In this document: one piece after another, positions 55,419 through 64,000 of the stretch | Numbering within the stretch: the stretch's first letter is position 1 | Layout of the letters: every line of letters begins with the position of its first letter | From: Auanema rhodensis | Lineage: Eukaryota > Animalia > Nematoda | DNA: 64,000 nucleotides | Assembly: GCA_964057225.1 (NCBI GenBank) | Contig: OZ059894.1 | Coordinates: forward strand, 6,758,001-6,822,000 | Direction: 5' to 3' | Made by a program: the position numbers and the translations under genes | The notes under the pieces: model-generated | What the model saw: only the letters and a program-made list of their open reading frames with translations | What the model was told of the DNA's origin: nothing | The model's database searches: none

Positions 55419-57432
55419 GTTGTAGGTTGGTTCGAGAGACGACTGCCCCTCTAAGGCAGCATCGATCCGCCCTACCGCACCGCCCACATCCCTCAGGCCC
55501 TCAGTTGCTCTGGTCCAACCCCCCTCAGGCAATCGACGGAATAATGGAATTATATAGAGAATCTATGCAGATGGGACACCAAATGAAATTCTTATACGGA
55601 AAAATGAGACTGTTTTAGATTAAACCCTCATGGCTATGTTGTTTTCGTAGGCTAGAAATAATTTCAAACGTATTATAATGATGTGAAAAGTAAAATATGA
55701 TAGGATACAGTTGTAGAATTCTTCAATCTTGTTGCAATACTTGAACAAACTGACTAACGTGCTCTTAATTGGTGACAAGTGAACGAAAACGGGTAAAGAG
55801 AATTTAATAGCTCCTGAGCTCTTATTTGTGTAACGATAGTTGTAATGAGGCTTATGAGATTGGCTGAACAATTAAAATGAGAATTAATCTATTCCCCTAA
55901 GATAAAAAGAAAAAAACGAGCTAGAAATAGAAAATGAACTTTAATAATTGACCAAACACTCATTATCTTTACCACCAATGAATGTAATCGATTCGAAAAG
56001 TAAGCTCCGTTGTTTTGTTCTTTTGGCAAGTTTCATGAAAACATTGAAGCTGCAACGCCACTGATGATTAGTTGAGAATCCAATAAAAGTACAAAGCTAA
56101 AAAAGCCGTTTAAGGATTATAAGTTTAAAAGAGAAAAAAACTTATAGAATACATGTAAATGCATATGGCTGATATATTTTAGATTAAAATTTCTATTTGC
56201 CTATCACATTTCAAAACAAATTGTCGTTTTTACATACATCTGCACGTTTCTTGAATCAAATTTATTTTTATTTTCGGCATCACTTACTGAATGAAACTTA
56301 TCTTATTATCAAATGTTGTCACATGCTATAAGAAAAACTTGAAACTTGAAAAAGAAAACATATTTCCCAGAAGTTCTACTGATCAACATAATGCCCGTAG
56401 TTGAAACAATATTGGGTGGTTAGGAATTCATCATCGTTGTTTACATATTCAAAAATTTCAGGAACGATTGGTCACAATAACTATTTCTGTCCTGAGCTCT
56501 ATTTCTGCCTTTCTCCATTTTTTCTTTTTTCTTCTCTCATTTTGCTCTTCTGACATTTTCATTTCTTCTGCTGCTTCTTAACCATATAACTACATATGTG
56601 TATATTATGCTCAAGAAAATCATTAAAATAAAGATGACTGGATTATGAACCGAAAAAGTGCTCTAACATATAGCACGCTTAGAAGGACCCAAAAATTATC
56701 AAACTAATACATTTACAATATTCAGAATATTTGTTTTACAATTGTTTTAATTAAAAATAAATGGTTTGAATAAAATTTAAAGAAATGTTTATCGGTGTTC
56801 TTAAATAAACTTTGTCAGTATGCTCATTACCCCTCCATTGTAAATTACAATTATATGCAATTAATGGAGTTCCATTAAAACTTCATGAATAAAAGAAAAT
56901 TAGATATATAGTGATATATAAGTACAGAACATTATTTGTCTATGCATGGTGCACACGATTTGCACGTTTCAGAAGATTTTACGTTAAGCATATATTTCTT
57001 CATTATAATTTTTAGTTAGACAAACGATCGGTTGTTGTGCAGTTTCAAACGTAAGAAAGCACAATATCAAGACTCATTTCACTTAAGAAAACAGTTTAAA
57101 GAAATTTTTCTTAGTCAAAACAATATCATTGCGAGAGAGAAGATTACGTGTGTTTAAAACATCTATTTTTAATTATTTTAGCACTTATAATAACAATGAC
57201 TAAACGTATTTTTTCTGTATTTCATGGATACAACATAACTATCTACGTCTTTGAAAACTAGAAAATTTAACCATTGAGTAACTTCGTGTTAGATTGTGTA
57301 CACGCTAAGTGCACGTCGTTTACAGTACGTTACGTACGCTGTTTACAATATTAACTATTCGAAACTCTTTATGATATTCAAGATTTTGGAATTAATTAGT
57401 TTTATTCGCCACATTTATACAAATATTTTTAG

Positions 57433-62088
<4,656 letters not shown>

Positions 62089-62209
62089 TTTTGATGTATT
62101 ATTTTATTGCATTCAAGTTGTACCTACGAGACTGTTTTTTTTGTTCTGACCTCAAGTCGTTAATTATTTTTTTAATGTGATATATAGTTTGTACATTTGC
62201 GTTGAACAT

Positions 62210-62321
62210 AATAAAAAATAATGAATTGTGCAATCATTAATTATCAAATTTTAAATGTTTTCGTGCATTTTTTATTTTAAATCTGAATCATGGATTTAAG
62301 CATGAACCATCTAGATTTCAG
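62210..62321 (+). promoter_or_regulatory. Candidate operon intercistronic region (polyA signal, U-rich tract, trans-splice acceptor)
   Basis: AATAAA 62210-62215, T-rich tract ~62267-62278, TTTCAG 62316-62321. Confidence 0.55.
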
Positions 62322-62504
62322 TTCGCGCATACGCTAGTAACCGCACGCGGTCGAAATAAATAGGCTTTATTGTCTTGGTCTCAGATTGGGCTTTACAATA
62401 TCTTCATAATGAGTTCTTTGGAATAGAATGCGGAATGACAGTTTTATTTCCACGAATGAGGTATTTTTTTTTTTTTAATTTTTATGTATTTATTTTAAGT
62501 CATA

Positions 62505-64000
62505 ATGATGCACAGCCACTTGTTCAGTGGGCCGTCTGCACTCGCCGGGCCTAGTGGCCTACCTTCGTCTACTGTTATAAGTGAAGGTAAGTTTCATTAT
62601 AAATAAAATTATTTATTTCCGTTATTAGGTGCTTTACTCAATCACTCTCTCACCCAACCTAAAGAAGAATTGAAAACTCAGTTCACTACTAGAGAGGGAA
62701 CCTACAAAATAATGCCACAAGCTGAATATTCTAGACCCACACGGGTCCCTGTGAATCAGGTTCGCTTTTACAACTTGTTTCTATTGCTATATTTTTTTTG
62801 TTCTCAGCAGTTGCAAACTGGAGTACCCAACTTTGCCGGTGCTCCTGTTCGTGTATCATTTTTATCTCTGAATTTACCAAGTCCTTCAGTCAGAGAAGAG
62901 GTTAGATTCTTGAGAGAACCTGTCAAAGTACAGAAATTTTAAGGAAAAATGTTTTTCTGCTTCAAATCTAAGTGATGTTGAAGACTCTGTCGATGATCAA
63001 AACTGTGATAGAATATGTTTCAATGTCGGCCGAGAAATATATGTCTATATGTATAAGTATGAAGAGTAACTTGAGTATGTTTATAACCAGTTTTGCTTTT
63101 CCAGAGGACCACAAACAGCCGCAGATTTAAGTAAACCTATCGATAAACGGGTATATAAAGGAACCTTCCCTACTTGCCATCATTTTAATTCTGAAACTGC
63201 TACTTCAGATGGTTGTAGGTGAGCTCATTCATACTTTAATATTGATAAGCCTGTTTATAATGTTTATAACAATATTATAACAATAGATTTTCAGCCTTCT
63301 TATTGGTTTTTCGGCTGGACAAGTTCAACTAATAGATCCTTTTAACAAAGATTTCCAGTCAAGTAGACTATATAATGAAGAAAGATTCATAGATAAGTCT
63401 TCCGTGACTTGTGTAAAATGGGTGCCAGGTACAATTACGCATATTACATTATTTATTAAAATTTGTTTTATTTGCAGGCGAACGAAATCATTTCCTTGTG
63501 TCTTATTCTAGTGGATTCATGTATTTATATAATGAGGATTTACAATGTCCTCAAGCTGCTCCCGTTTATCAAGTATTCAAACAAGTTAGTTGTTTTTCGA
63601 ATCACACTTTGTATAAAACTGACTTATTCAGGGAGAAAAATTTACAGTTTCCACATGTAAAACAAAAACATCTAGAAACCCAGTGTATCGTTGGCAAATT
63701 GGTCAAAGTGGAGCCATTAATCAGTTTGCGTTCTCGGGTAGTGATGCCAAATTATTAGCAACAGTTGGACATGTATGACAGCTTTAATTACAATTGTTAA
63801 TGAACTTAATTTCAGGATGGATATTTAAGAATTTTCAATTATCATGAGATGGAACTTCTTTCATACATGAAATCATATTTTGGTATAAATCATTAAATCG
63901 TCGTGTCATTCATCCATATATTCAGGTGGTTTATTAACTCTTGCTTGGAGTCCTGATACTAAACTGATTGCTACTGGTGGTGAAGACGATTTGTTAACTG
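62505..64000 (+). CDS. wdr-20: WD40 repeat protein WDR20/DMWD (USP12/46 cofactor), truncated by window end
   Basis: Spliced frame contains LKTQFTTREGTYKIMPQAEYSRPTRVP, DRICFNVGREIYVY, AADLSKPIDKRVYKGTFPTCH, LLIGFSAGQVQLIDP, SYFGGLLTLAWSPD...TGGEDDL. Confidence 0.93.

Overview
AT-rich nematode genomic DNA (rhabditid-like: TTTCAG/TTTTAG acceptors directly before several start codons, many 38-50 nt introns). Gene models were spliced by hand. Left to right: ~9 kb without supportable coding sequence; a CENP-V/GFA gene (-); a cuticle collagen (+); two tandem divergent cystatin-fold genes (-), one with a long acidic Ser/Thr stalk; an astacin-EGF-CUB-ShK metalloprotease (+); a peptide-type class A GPCR (-); a ~23 kb gene desert; a stand-alone Brinker/pogo-type HTH protein with candidate corepressor motifs (+); tRNA-Ala(CGC) (-); a 74-aa 11-mer-repeat microprotein absent from the ORF track (-); and mog-5/PRP22 followed at operon-like spacing by wdr-20 (+, truncated). 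The most interesting items are the Brinker-like candidate repressor, the LEA/synuclein-like microprotein, and the non-canonical cystatin pair between a collagen and an astacin. No database searches were run; family calls rest on recognised motifs.
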